From Candidatus Fimenecus sp. (lineage in GTDB: Bacteria; Bacillota; Clostridia; Oscillospirales; Acutalibacteraceae), in NCBI GenBank assembly GCA_045613585.1, contig JAZLBG010000107.1, positions 10,008 to 74,007 of the forward strand: a stretch of DNA of 64,000 bases, in the 5' to 3' direction. Shown piece after piece: positions 17,818 through 26,153 of this stretch. The stretch's first letter is position 1. Each line of letters opens with the position of its first letter. The notes under the pieces were generated by a model. That model was not told the DNA's origin. It saw nothing but the letters and a program-made list of their open reading frames with translations, and did not search any database. The position numbers were made by a program, and so were the translations under genes.

Positions 17818-19293
17818 TTAATTTTTTTCAGTATTTTCAGAATCTATAGAATAATCATTTTCTATAACATCTTGAATATAATTAGCAGCAAGTGAATTTA
17901 ATTTTGGATAGTCTAATTTGGGAATATCATATTTTAACATAATACTTTGTGAGAAGTTAGGATAAGATAGTTTTTTGTTTATAAAATCTAAGTGGCTTTG
18001 AACTGTATTAATATATGAAGTGTGCTCTTTTACTAAAGATGTTGCTAAATTCATTTTTTCAAATAATTCTTGCTTTTTTCTTGAATTTTCTACAATCGTC
18101 GCATTTGTTGCCACATTTCCTAATGCGTATATTGCTGTACTCTTTTTAATTGTTTGAGAAAGTGCAGTAAGCGCAGGAGATATTATGGTGGCTGCTTTTT
18201 GTGCCATTTCAGCAATCGATTTTGAAAAATCGGCAAAGCCAGCCAAAACACCCTTGACTGCTTCGGATAAAGCTTTTGCGTTTTTTTCTGCGAAATCTTT
18301 TTCTTCGGTAATTTTAATAGCCTTGATAATGGCTGAATTCAAATGATTGACAAGTTTGTTGCATTCATTATATTCTGATTTATAAAAAAATTTAAAGTGA
18401 GCAACACTGTTTCTATACAAACGAATTTGTTCAATTAAATCTTTTATATTGGGAATATCTATTTTATTACTAAAAAATCGTTCCCAATCGCTTTTTGGAA
18501 TGAATTTTGAAAAAGCCGTTCTTAACTTTTCATCAGATAATTCGGAAAGGTCTTTATGTTCACTTAAAAACTTACTCTTATCATTTTCATCAGCACTTGT
18601 CCAGTTTGAAGTAAAAAGGAGTTTTTGAATATCGTTATATTCAAAAGAATAAAAGAATCTTTGCAATCGCTCAATTTCTTCTGCTTCTTTTTTTGTATTT
18701 GCATTATAATAAGTTTTTATATTATCTTTTTCCTCTTTGTTACTATCAATATTTATAACACCCTTAATTTTACCTTGCAATTCAGAATCAATTGTAATTT
18801 TATAATAGTCTCTTCCAAAATTTACAATATAGATATTGAAAAGTAGTTTTCTTAAATTTCTTTCTAATGTATTAAGTTTCGGGTAAATCTTATTGCAATA
18901 GTATTCCGATATAGCATCGTAGGAGATAATATCAATATATCTTTCACGAACACCAGAGTTAAGGAGCGTATATTGGATATATTCTAAGCATTTAATAAGT
19001 TGGGCTTTAGTTTTCCCATTAACTATAATATCTAGATATTTAGTATCAATAACTTCAGTTATTATAAATTCAACTTTACATACAATATTGCTTTGATATA
19101 TATCAGCAGTATACTTTTTCTTATAAAAATTGTTATTGGTATTTGCTTTAACAATGGTAGGGAACGATGCTTTAATATAACTATATAGATTTTTCCCGGT
19201 AGGCAAGACAATTGTTCCGTTAGCTGGATTGTTATTTGTCTCTTCTTTCCTATATGGATTTTTTAAGAATATGTAACTACTCTGTAATTTCAA
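17818..19293 (-). CDS. HEPN-like (Rx4H) protein, 491 aa
   Basis: IRLYRNSVAHFKF contains R-x4-H in a helical context. TTG start after an AAGGAG RBS. Confidence 0.55.
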   Translation of the reverse strand: MKLQSSYIFLKNPYRKEETNNNPANGTIVLPTGKNLYSYIKASFPTIVKANTNNNFYKKKYTADIYQSNIVCKVEFIITEVIDTKYLDIIVNGKTKAQLIKCLEYIQYTLLNSGVRERYIDIISYDAISEYYCNKIYPKLNTLERNLRKLLFNIYIVNFGRDYYKITIDSELQGKIKGVINIDSNKEEKDNIKTYYNANTKKEAEEIERLQRFFYSFEYNDIQKLLFTSNWTSADENDKSKFLSEHKDLSELSDEKLRTAFSKFIPKSDWERFFSNKIDIPNIKDLIEQIRLYRNSVAHFKFFYKSEYNECNKLVNHLNSAIIKAIKITEEKDFAEKNAKALSEAVKGVLAGFADFSKSIAEMAQKAATIISPALTALSQTIKKSTAIYALGNVATNATIVENSRKKQELFEKMNLATSLVKEHTSYINTVQSHLDFINKKLSYPNFSQSIMLKYDIPKLDYPKLNSLAANYIQDVIENDYSIDSENTEKN

Positions 19294-19326
19294 TTTCTAA
19301 TCTCCTTAAATTAAATAATTGTTCAT

Positions 19327-19362
19327 AATATTAATCGTTGTTTGAGTAGGTTTTGTGGCAAA
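19327..19362 (-). promoter_or_regulatory. Shared island promoter/operator, copy 5 (one mismatch: TGCCACA)
   Basis: On the - strand: tttgccacaaa (19362-19352), then cgat (19337-19334) with 16-nt spacing. 41 nt to the start at 19293. Confidence 0.55.
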
Positions 19363-19369
19363 ATCAAAA

Positions 19370-19900
19370 TTACAATCTATTTTCGTAAGCATCACAAATC
19401 TCTTCAATTGAATCTACAGTGTGACCGCAATTTCTACGATATGCTATATGTAATCTTGTAGCTTGGATAGCTTTCTTTAATCCGTTGCTACCATATTCGT
19501 CAAAAATTGTATCATAATACTTTTTCATTGCTTTAGCACTTATTGCACGTTTATAAATTGTACCTTCTAACATTCCTTGTACAGCATACAAATACATTAC
19601 CGCAGAGTTTCTGTTCATTCCTGTGGAATCGGCAATGTCATCAGCCAATTCCTGAACGCTTTCACCACAAACAACTTGCTTTCCGGATTTGTAGCAAATA
19701 TCAATCATTTCATCTGTCATTTTTTTGTAAGGAACTGTTGGTTCCGTTTGTGTGTTGTAGCTATCTTCTTCATTACTTGTTTCATCATTGTAAGTTTGAA
19801 TGTTGATAGTGCGAATTTGAGCTTGTTTCAACTCTGCTACTTCATCTTCTAATTTTTTGATTCGGGATAAGAGTTCTAAAATAATGGTTTCGTACTGCAT
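19370..19900 (-). CDS. Hypothetical protein (176 aa) with an N-terminal coiled coil
   Basis: ATG 19900 follows a GAAAGGATG-type RBS. No recognisable motif. Confidence 0.55.
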   Translation of the reverse strand: MQYETIILELLSRIKKLEDEVAELKQAQIRTINIQTYNDETSNEEDSYNTQTEPTVPYKKMTDEMIDICYKSGKQVVCGESVQELADDIADSTGMNRNSAVMYLYAVQGMLEGTIYKRAISAKAMKKYYDTIFDEYGSNGLKKAIQATRLHIAYRRNCGHTVDSIEEICDAYENRL

Positions 19901-19933
19901 AATTTACATCCTTTCTAAATACACTTTTTTGAT

Positions 19934-20029
19934 TAGAAATATTTCTATTTCATCTGTCAATGCTTATTATATACAATTCTACAATGAAAGTCAATAGAAA
20001 ATTATAAAAACGTTATAGAAAAATTTCTA
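19934..20029. promoter_or_regulatory. Two TAGAAA-NN-TTTCTA palindromic operators in a divergent intergenic region
   Basis: tagaaatatttcta at 19934-19947 (perfect 14-bp palindrome) and tagaaaaatttcta at 20016-20029. Extra half-sites at 19995 and 20035. Confidence 0.5.
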
Positions 20030-20130
20030 ATGAATTTCTATAAGACATAATTGAAAAACGTTTAATCAATCGATAGTGAAAAAATCAAAAGTAATGTCCA
20101 TTAAAATGTACTTATTGATACTCTCATTCA

Positions 20131-20159
20131 TTGACACAATGTACCCATAGTGTTAAAAT
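20131..20159 (+). promoter_or_regulatory. Canonical sigma-A promoter of the macro-domain operon
   Basis: TTGACA (20131-20136), 17 nt, TAAAAT (20154-20159). Confidence 0.6.
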
Positions 20160-20188
20160 TTAGTTAGTACAATTATAGGAGGGGCGTT

Positions 20189-21268
20189 ATGCCACTTAAG
20201 ATTATTCGACAAGACATAACCAAAATTGAATGTGATGCTATTGTAAATCCGTCCAACCGTCATTTGTACCCAGGTGGGGGAGCAGACCTTTCAATTCACG
20301 AGGCAGCGGGTCCCGAGTTGCTCGCATATTGTGAAAAACTTGGTGGATGTGAGGTTGGCAAGGCTAAAATCACACCTGCATTCAAATTACCTTGCAAGTA
20401 TGTTATCCATACTGCAGGGCCTAATTGGCATCGCCTTGAAAATGCCGAAGAAGTGCTTGCATCTTGCTATAAAGAGTGCTTGAATCTTGCCAAAGAGAAC
20501 AATTGTGAAACTGTTGCATTTCCATTGATTGCATCAGGTGCTTACGGATTCCCTAAGCAGTCCGTATTAAAGATTGCAACAAGCGTAATCAGTGATTTCT
20601 TGTTCGAGAATGAAATGCTCGTGTATCTTGTGGTTTTCGATAAGAATGCTTTTGAAATCAGTGAAAAGCTGTTTTGTGATGTTGCATCATATATCGACGA
20701 TAACTATGTTGAGCAGAATGCCGAGCATCAGATTGTAGAGGGTAGATATAGCAATTATCCTATGCAGTCATTACGCAGAGAAGAACTCGAAGAGCGTCGT
20801 GAAAGAGTCCTTGAAGAACGAGCAGCAAAGCAAATGATTTGCGAATGCGAGTCAGTTTGTCTTAATATGGAAGAACAGGATGAATTCATTAAATCTGACG
20901 ATATTGACGATTGGCTCAAACGAATGGACAAGGGCTTTGCGGATACACTTTTCTACTATATCGATAAGAAAGAGATTACAGATGTTGAGGCATACAAACG
21001 CTCAAATGTAAGCAAAAAGACCTTCTCAAAAATCAAGTGTAATCCTGATTACAAGCCAAGCAAATTGACTGCAGTGTCCTTCGCAATCGGGCTCAAGCTC
21101 AACCTTGACGAAACAAATCACTTACTCAAAACAGCAGGATTTGCCCTTTCAGAATGTAGCAGATTCGATGTAATCATCCAGTATTTCATCGAAACAGGGG
21201 AATACAAAAACATCTTTGATGTAAACGCAGTATTATACAAATTCGACCAACAGTTGTTAGGGGTGTAG
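20189..21268 (+). CDS. MacroD-type macro domain protein with a C-terminal HTH-like domain
   Basis: DAIVNPSN..L.PGGGADLSIHEAAG, YVIHTAGP and AFPLIASGAYGFP are macro-domain hallmarks. The C-terminus has an XRE-like segment (EAYKRSNVSKKTFSKIK). Confidence 0.85.
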   Translation: MPLKIIRQDITKIECDAIVNPSNRHLYPGGGADLSIHEAAGPELLAYCEKLGGCEVGKAKITPAFKLPCKYVIHTAGPNWHRLENAEEVLASCYKECLNLAKENNCETVAFPLIASGAYGFPKQSVLKIATSVISDFLFENEMLVYLVVFDKNAFEISEKLFCDVASYIDDNYVEQNAEHQIVEGRYSNYPMQSLRREELEERRERVLEERAAKQMICECESVCLNMEEQDEFIKSDDIDDWLKRMDKGFADTLFYYIDKKEITDVEAYKRSNVSKKTFSKIKCNPDYKPSKLTAVSFAIGLKLNLDETNHLLKTAGFALSECSRFDVIIQYFIETGEYKNIFDVNAVLYKFDQQLLGV

Positions 21269-21278
21269 GAGGATATTT

Positions 21279-21746
21279 ATGGAAAAAATATATAATATTG
21301 GTATTGGTAATAGTGGTGAATATTTTGTAGCTGCAGAGCTTGAACGCAGAGGCTTTACAGCAGCAGTTCCTATGTCTAATACAAAAGATTTTGATATATT
21401 AGCTATAAGCCGAGAAACAAATAGACAAGTGGCTTTACAAGTTAAAACAAGTCGTGGAAAATTTAAATCTTGGATTTTAGGCAAGAAAAATGAAACTCTT
21501 GAAGATGACAACATTTATTATGTTTTGATTGCATTGAACGAACTTGATACACCTGATTATTATATTATTGAAAGTAAGTATATTGCAGAAAGTCTTTCAA
21601 AGGGATACCAATTGTGGCTTAACGAAGAAGGGAAAAATCACAAAGACACATCTATGAGAAAATTCACTTTTGATGTTCAAGGCGTAGATAATATTAGGGG
21701 ATTAAAATCAGAAGATTTCAAATCTAAATGGGATAAGTTGAAATAA
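21279..21746 (+). CDS. Small PD-(D/E)XK-like nuclease-fold protein
   Basis: GNSGEYFVAAELERRGF...DFDILA...ALQVKTS pattern (D ... Q/E-x-K). Confidence 0.5.
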   Translation: MEKIYNIGIGNSGEYFVAAELERRGFTAAVPMSNTKDFDILAISRETNRQVALQVKTSRGKFKSWILGKKNETLEDDNIYYVLIALNELDTPDYYIIESKYIAESLSKGYQLWLNEEGKNHKDTSMRKFTFDVQGVDNIRGLKSEDFKSKWDKLK

Positions 21747-21807
21747 AAGTTTTTCATAAAAAGTAGGGGACGATGCCCACATCGTTCCGTAAAAAAGGAG
21801 AATTAGT

Positions 21808-22305
21808 ATGAGCATTTCTTTTAGACATTCTGCTGGGTTTGGCAAAAGAATGGAATATAAATTGATTGGCGATATGCTGATGGAAGGTTTGGATTGCTAT
21901 ACACCACTAGTAGATGACCACGGTGTAGATTGTGTAGTAAAAAGAAACGATGGTACATTTATAGAAATACAAATAAAAGCAAGGTCTAAAGATGTCACCG
22001 AAGGCGATGCTGCATTATTTTCTGCAATAGACCATCAATTAACTGAAAATTTTTATTTTGTTTTTTATTCCGAACGATTAGATATGATGTGGATACTGTC
22101 TTCTGAGGAGTTTTTAGCAGAGTGTGTTACAAACAAGAATGGTAAGAATGTAGGTAAACACAGCATTTGGTTTAATGGTAATAGAAAGAATCCTAAAACA
22201 GGAGTTAAGGAAGAATACTGTAAGCCACAGTTCAAAAAATATATATGCAAAGATTTTAGTAGATTTGTAAAAAAAAGTCTCCCACCAAGAGACCATTTTA
22301 AGTAA
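21808..22305 (+). CDS. Small PD-(D/E)XK-like nuclease-fold protein, distant paralogue of the preceding gene
   Basis: EYKLIGDMLMEGL...DDHGVDCVV...FIEIQIKARS (D ... E-x-K). Confidence 0.5.
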   Translation: MSISFRHSAGFGKRMEYKLIGDMLMEGLDCYTPLVDDHGVDCVVKRNDGTFIEIQIKARSKDVTEGDAALFSAIDHQLTENFYFVFYSERLDMMWILSSEEFLAECVTNKNGKNVGKHSIWFNGNRKNPKTGVKEEYCKPQFKKYICKDFSRFVKKSLPPRDHFK

Positions 22306-22317
22306 ATAACTCGTTAT

Positions 22318-22372
22318 AATGTGATTGTAAGGTCAAGGAAAACCTTGAAGAATACAATCACATTATTTTTTT
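22318..22372 (+). terminator. Long hairpin terminator
   Basis: Perfect 12-bp outer stem aatgtgattgta/tacaatcacatt with an inner stem tcaagg/ccttga, then ttttttt. Confidence 0.7.
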
Positions 22373-22385
22373 GGAGGAATTTACA

Positions 22386-23036
22386 ATGAAGAAAAATTTA
22401 ACAGAACTCGTATTTATCTTAGACCGTAGTGGCTCTATGTCAGGTCTTGAAAGAGACACAATCGGTGGATTTAATTCGATGATTGAGAAACAAAGAAAAC
22501 AAGAGGGCGAATGCATTGTTTCAACTGTCCTTTTTGATGATGAATGTCAGGTAATCCACGATAGAGTTAGCATTGAAAACATCAAGCCAATGACAGAAGA
22601 TGATTATTATGTGCAGGGTTGCACAGCGCTTATTGATGCTATCGGCGGAGCAATCCACCATATCGGAAATGTGCATAAATATGCTCGTCCTGAAGATGTG
22701 CCAGAAAATACAGTTTTCATCATCACAACTGATGGTCAGGAGAATTCAAGCCATCGTTATTCATCAAGCAGAGTTAAACATATGATTGAACGCCAAAAAG
22801 CAAAATTTGGATGGGAATTCTTGTTCATCGGTGCGAATATTGATGCAGTCGAAACAGCAAAACGATATGGTATCGAGCAAGACCGAGCAGTTAATTACCA
22901 CGCCGATGCACAAGGCACAAGCATCGTCTTTGAATCAGTGTCAAAAGCAGTGTGCAATGTCCGTGCAAATAAATGTATGGCAGAAAACTGGTCTGAAGAC
23001 ATCGACAACGACTTCAAAAATCGTGGGAAGAAATAA
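22386..23036 (+). CDS. von Willebrand factor type A (vWA) domain protein
   Basis: MIDAS DRSGSMS, plus TALIDAIG and ITTDGQENSS. ATG 22386 follows a GGAGGA RBS. Confidence 0.8.
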   Translation: MKKNLTELVFILDRSGSMSGLERDTIGGFNSMIEKQRKQEGECIVSTVLFDDECQVIHDRVSIENIKPMTEDDYYVQGCTALIDAIGGAIHHIGNVHKYARPEDVPENTVFIITTDGQENSSHRYSSSRVKHMIERQKAKFGWEFLFIGANIDAVETAKRYGIEQDRAVNYHADAQGTSIVFESVSKAVCNVRANKCMAENWSEDIDNDFKNRGKK

Positions 23037-23149
23037 AACAAAAATTCTTGGAGCAATCCAATGATTTTACTATTGTTGTTCTATATATTCTTGTATGTGT
23101 TTGCTTTTATAGGTTCTATTTGGCAAAATCTGGGTGTTATATATCAGTT

Positions 23150-23185
23150 TTTGTCACAAATTATCATTAAATTTCGATATAGTAT
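23150..23185 (+). promoter_or_regulatory. Shared island promoter/operator, copy 2, upstream of the dGTPase-RT operon
   Basis: tttgtcacaaa at 23150-23160 and cgat at 23175-23178, 16-nt spacing. 42 nt to ATG 23220. Confidence 0.6.
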
Positions 23186-23219
23186 TTAATAGGAAAGTAA
23201 AAAGATGGAGGAACTTATT

Positions 23220-24455
23220 ATGGCAAAACCAAAATTTTCAAGTTGTGCGGCTACAAGTAAAAATCCGAATTGGGAAAAATTAATAGAAAGACCTGGGGAA
23301 CTGTATTCACGAGAAGATGAAATACGTAGTCCTTTTGCAAGAGATTATACACGAATTCTCCATTGTATGGCATATAGACGACTCAAGCATAAAACTCAAG
23401 TATTCTTCAACATTGACAATGACCACATTTGCACACGAATGGAACATGTTAGTCATGTGGAATCAGTAAGTACAACAATAGCAAAGTATTTAGGATTAAA
23501 TGAAGAATTGACCAAAGCAATTGCGATGGGACACGATTTGGGCCATGCTCCTTTTGGTCATGAAGGAGAAAGAATATTAAGAAACCTTTCTAAAAAGCAT
23601 TTAAATACAGATTTTTGGCACGAGCAAAACGGGTTGCATTTTGTTGATGAAATAGAGCTGCTTGAAGATAACTATAAACACTATAAAAATCTTAATTTAA
23701 CTTATGCGGTAAGAGATGGAATAATTTCACATTGCGGAGAGATTGACCAAAACGGTATCATTCCTAGAGAAATTTCAATTGATATAAATGCTTTCGATGA
23801 AGCTGGTAAATATCAGGCGGTTACTTGGGAAGGTTGCATAGTAAAACTTGCAGATAAAATTGCATATGTTGGTAGAGATATTGAAGATGCAATTAATTTG
23901 GGACTTCTAGACCAACCTGCTAAAAACAAATTACTTAAAATGGCTCAGGCAAACGATGAAAGTGTAATGAATACAACTGTAATAATGCATAATATGATTA
24001 TTGATATTTGCAAAAATAGTTCTCCTGATAAAGGTATTTGTATGAGCCAAGAGTTTAATGAGCAATTAAATGAAATAAAAATGTTTAATTATGAATATAT
24101 TTATGGCCATGAAAGATTAGAACCATTTAAAAAATATTCAGAGTTGATTATCACTCAAATATTTAATTCATTATTATGCCTTTATGATAAAAAACATACT
24201 TGGGGAAAACTTAGCGAAAGAAAGAAATATACACCAATTTTGATTGATTCATTTGAAAAATGGTTAGCACGCTATTGCGAATCAGATATTGTTCCATCAG
24301 GAGAGTTACAAGAACTTTCTTTGAATTGTGAAAATATAAAAATTTACAAAAAACTTGGAAGTAAAAAGTTGTATGTTCAAGCAATTATTGATTATATTTC
24401 GGGAATGACAGATAGATTTGCTATTAAAGTATTTAATGAGTTACTAGAGTATTAA
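23220..24455 (+). CDS. dGTPase-like HD-domain dNTP triphosphohydrolase (short form)
   Basis: SPFARDYTRILH..AYRRLKHKTQVF, RMEHVSHV, GHDLGHAPFGHEGE and a C-terminal SGMTDRFA. ATG 23220 follows a GGAGGA RBS. Confidence 0.85.
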   Translation: MAKPKFSSCAATSKNPNWEKLIERPGELYSREDEIRSPFARDYTRILHCMAYRRLKHKTQVFFNIDNDHICTRMEHVSHVESVSTTIAKYLGLNEELTKAIAMGHDLGHAPFGHEGERILRNLSKKHLNTDFWHEQNGLHFVDEIELLEDNYKHYKNLNLTYAVRDGIISHCGEIDQNGIIPREISIDINAFDEAGKYQAVTWEGCIVKLADKIAYVGRDIEDAINLGLLDQPAKNKLLKMAQANDESVMNTTVIMHNMIIDICKNSSPDKGICMSQEFNEQLNEIKMFNYEYIYGHERLEPFKKYSELIITQIFNSLLCLYDKKHTWGKLSERKKYTPILIDSFEKWLARYCESDIVPSGELQELSLNCENIKIYKKLGSKKLYVQAIIDYISGMTDRFAIKVFNELLEY

Positions 24456-24467
24456 TGGAGAGTTGAT

Positions 24468-26060
24468 ATGGGCATAAAAAAACTTGATAAAAAGAACTTC
24501 ATTTTTCAAATTTCACAATATGGTTTTTTTACAGAACAATTTCCCGAATGTTTTAATAGTGAAAGCTTTGCAAGAGCATTAGACGACTTGATTTCACTAG
24601 TAGCAAGTTCAAAAGGGCAAGCGAAAAAAGGAAATAGGAATACAACATCACCAACAACATTATCTACATATAAAAACGATATATCTAGAAGAGTGCTGTC
24701 AGTGCCAAATCCCGAGGCCTTTTTGAGATTAGCAAAATTTATGCAAGAACATTGGAATGAAATCAACGAATATGCTTATAGTTCAAACTCTTTGTCCCCA
24801 ATTACATTTGTTAGAGTTTATGCACAAGGTGAAGCTGAGGAGTTACTTAATAGTGAATCACTTAGAGAACGCTTTAAAATTAGAAGTGATTTTGTTGTTA
24901 GTATCAAAAATTGTATTCGTGCATCTCTTGGGTATAAGTATAGATTGAGTGTAGATATTTCTAATTGTTATAACTCGCTATATACACATTCTGTTACATG
25001 GGCTATTTGCGGAAAAGATAAGGCAAAGGAATATTTAAGAACCAAATCTCCAGCTGAAATTCAAAGAGATTATGAAATAGCAGATTGTATAGATGCTTTT
25101 ACAAGATTTCAAAAAAACAATGAAACTAATGGTATAATTGTGGGCCCGTATACTTCAAGGATTGTATCAGAAATAGTTTTAGCTCGAATAGATAAAGAAC
25201 TGAAACAAAAAGGGTTACACTTCAAACGTTATGTTGATGATTATAAAATGTATTTTAGAACTGAGTCACAAGCTCAAGAAAGCTTACCGATTATAGAGAA
25301 GGTATTAAACGAATATAATTTATCGCTAAATACCTCGAAAACAGTAATACAAAAATACCCTTATGAAATTATTTTGAATCTTAAAGACTCTTTTGAAAAA
25401 GCTTTTATTGAGGAGGGCGTGTTCGGTGTTTTAAATATGGCTGCGACACTGTTTTCTTCCGGTGAAAAGGGTGCATATAAATATGCTTTAAAATATATCA
25501 AAGATATGACCTTAACTGGTGAAGATATCTATTTGATTATCCCAACATTGATTAACATTATGTTAATTGACCCCAGATATGGTAAATATGTAACGCAGTA
25601 TTTGAAAAAGAATTTATCTTACAGAGAAAAAGAAAAACTGACAAATGTTTTCAATAATGAATTGACAAGTAGCATTGATGGCCAGTTGCAGCAGGAAACA
25701 CTTTTATTTATTCAGCTAATTAAAGATTTGAATTTAAAAATTCAAGGTAGTAATGTTGTTAAAATATTGAAAAGTGATAATGATTTTGCCATTATAATAG
25801 CCCTTGATTTGTGGAAAAATAGTAAAGAATTAGTTATTAGAACAAAGACTGAAGCGCGAGAGATAAATAAAGCTATTGATTGGTTATTGTTAAAATTAAA
25901 TGGTGAAAAATTATCTGGTTCTAGATGGTTGCTATTATATGAAATGAGTGTAAATAAGCTAGTTAGTTCTAAAAAAATGCCAACTATTGAAATGGATGAT
26001 TTCTTCAGTAAAATGTTTGATTTAAAAGTAAGTTTTTATAATTCAAACAAAAAGAATTAA
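24468..26060 (+). CDS. Reverse transcriptase (UG/Abi-like, non-retron) with a ~250-aa helical C-terminal extension
   Basis: RT motifs in order: RVLSVPNPEAF, VDISNCYNSLYTHS (A), GIIVGPYTSRIVSEIVL (B), KRYVDDYKMY (C, YVDD), LSLNTSKT. A GGAG RBS sits in the 12-nt gap after the HD gene. Confidence 0.8.
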   Translation: MGIKKLDKKNFIFQISQYGFFTEQFPECFNSESFARALDDLISLVASSKGQAKKGNRNTTSPTTLSTYKNDISRRVLSVPNPEAFLRLAKFMQEHWNEINEYAYSSNSLSPITFVRVYAQGEAEELLNSESLRERFKIRSDFVVSIKNCIRASLGYKYRLSVDISNCYNSLYTHSVTWAICGKDKAKEYLRTKSPAEIQRDYEIADCIDAFTRFQKNNETNGIIVGPYTSRIVSEIVLARIDKELKQKGLHFKRYVDDYKMYFRTESQAQESLPIIEKVLNEYNLSLNTSKTVIQKYPYEIILNLKDSFEKAFIEEGVFGVLNMAATLFSSGEKGAYKYALKYIKDMTLTGEDIYLIIPTLINIMLIDPRYGKYVTQYLKKNLSYREKEKLTNVFNNELTSSIDGQLQQETLLFIQLIKDLNLKIQGSNVVKILKSDNDFAIIIALDLWKNSKELVIRTKTEAREINKAIDWLLLKLNGEKLSGSRWLLLYEMSVNKLVSSKKMPTIEMDDFFSKMFDLKVSFYNSNKKN

Positions 26061-26080
26061 TGTTTTTATAGTTATAAGTA

Positions 26081-26126
26081 AAAAGCTAACAATACCTATG
26101 GTTATAATAGAGTGTTGTTAGCTTTT
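26081..26126. terminator. Bidirectional terminator
   Basis: 12-bp stem aaaagctaacaa/ttgttagctttt. Confidence 0.6.
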
Positions 26127-26153
26127 GTAGTGTATATTATTTTAACAGGACGA

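Noticed and set aside
20189-21268. DarTG toxin-antitoxin interpretation of the macro-domain gene
   Set aside because: No DarT (DUF4433-like) gene is adjacent. The macro domain has MacroD/YmdB-type motifs, and the C-terminus looks like an HTH rather than a DarT-binding domain.
24468-26060. Retron interpretation of the reverse transcriptase
   Set aside because: At 530 aa it is much larger than retron RTs, and I see no VTG-type motif. No msr/msd-like inverted-repeat ncRNA locus flanks it: the upstream neighbour is a coding gene only 12 nt away.
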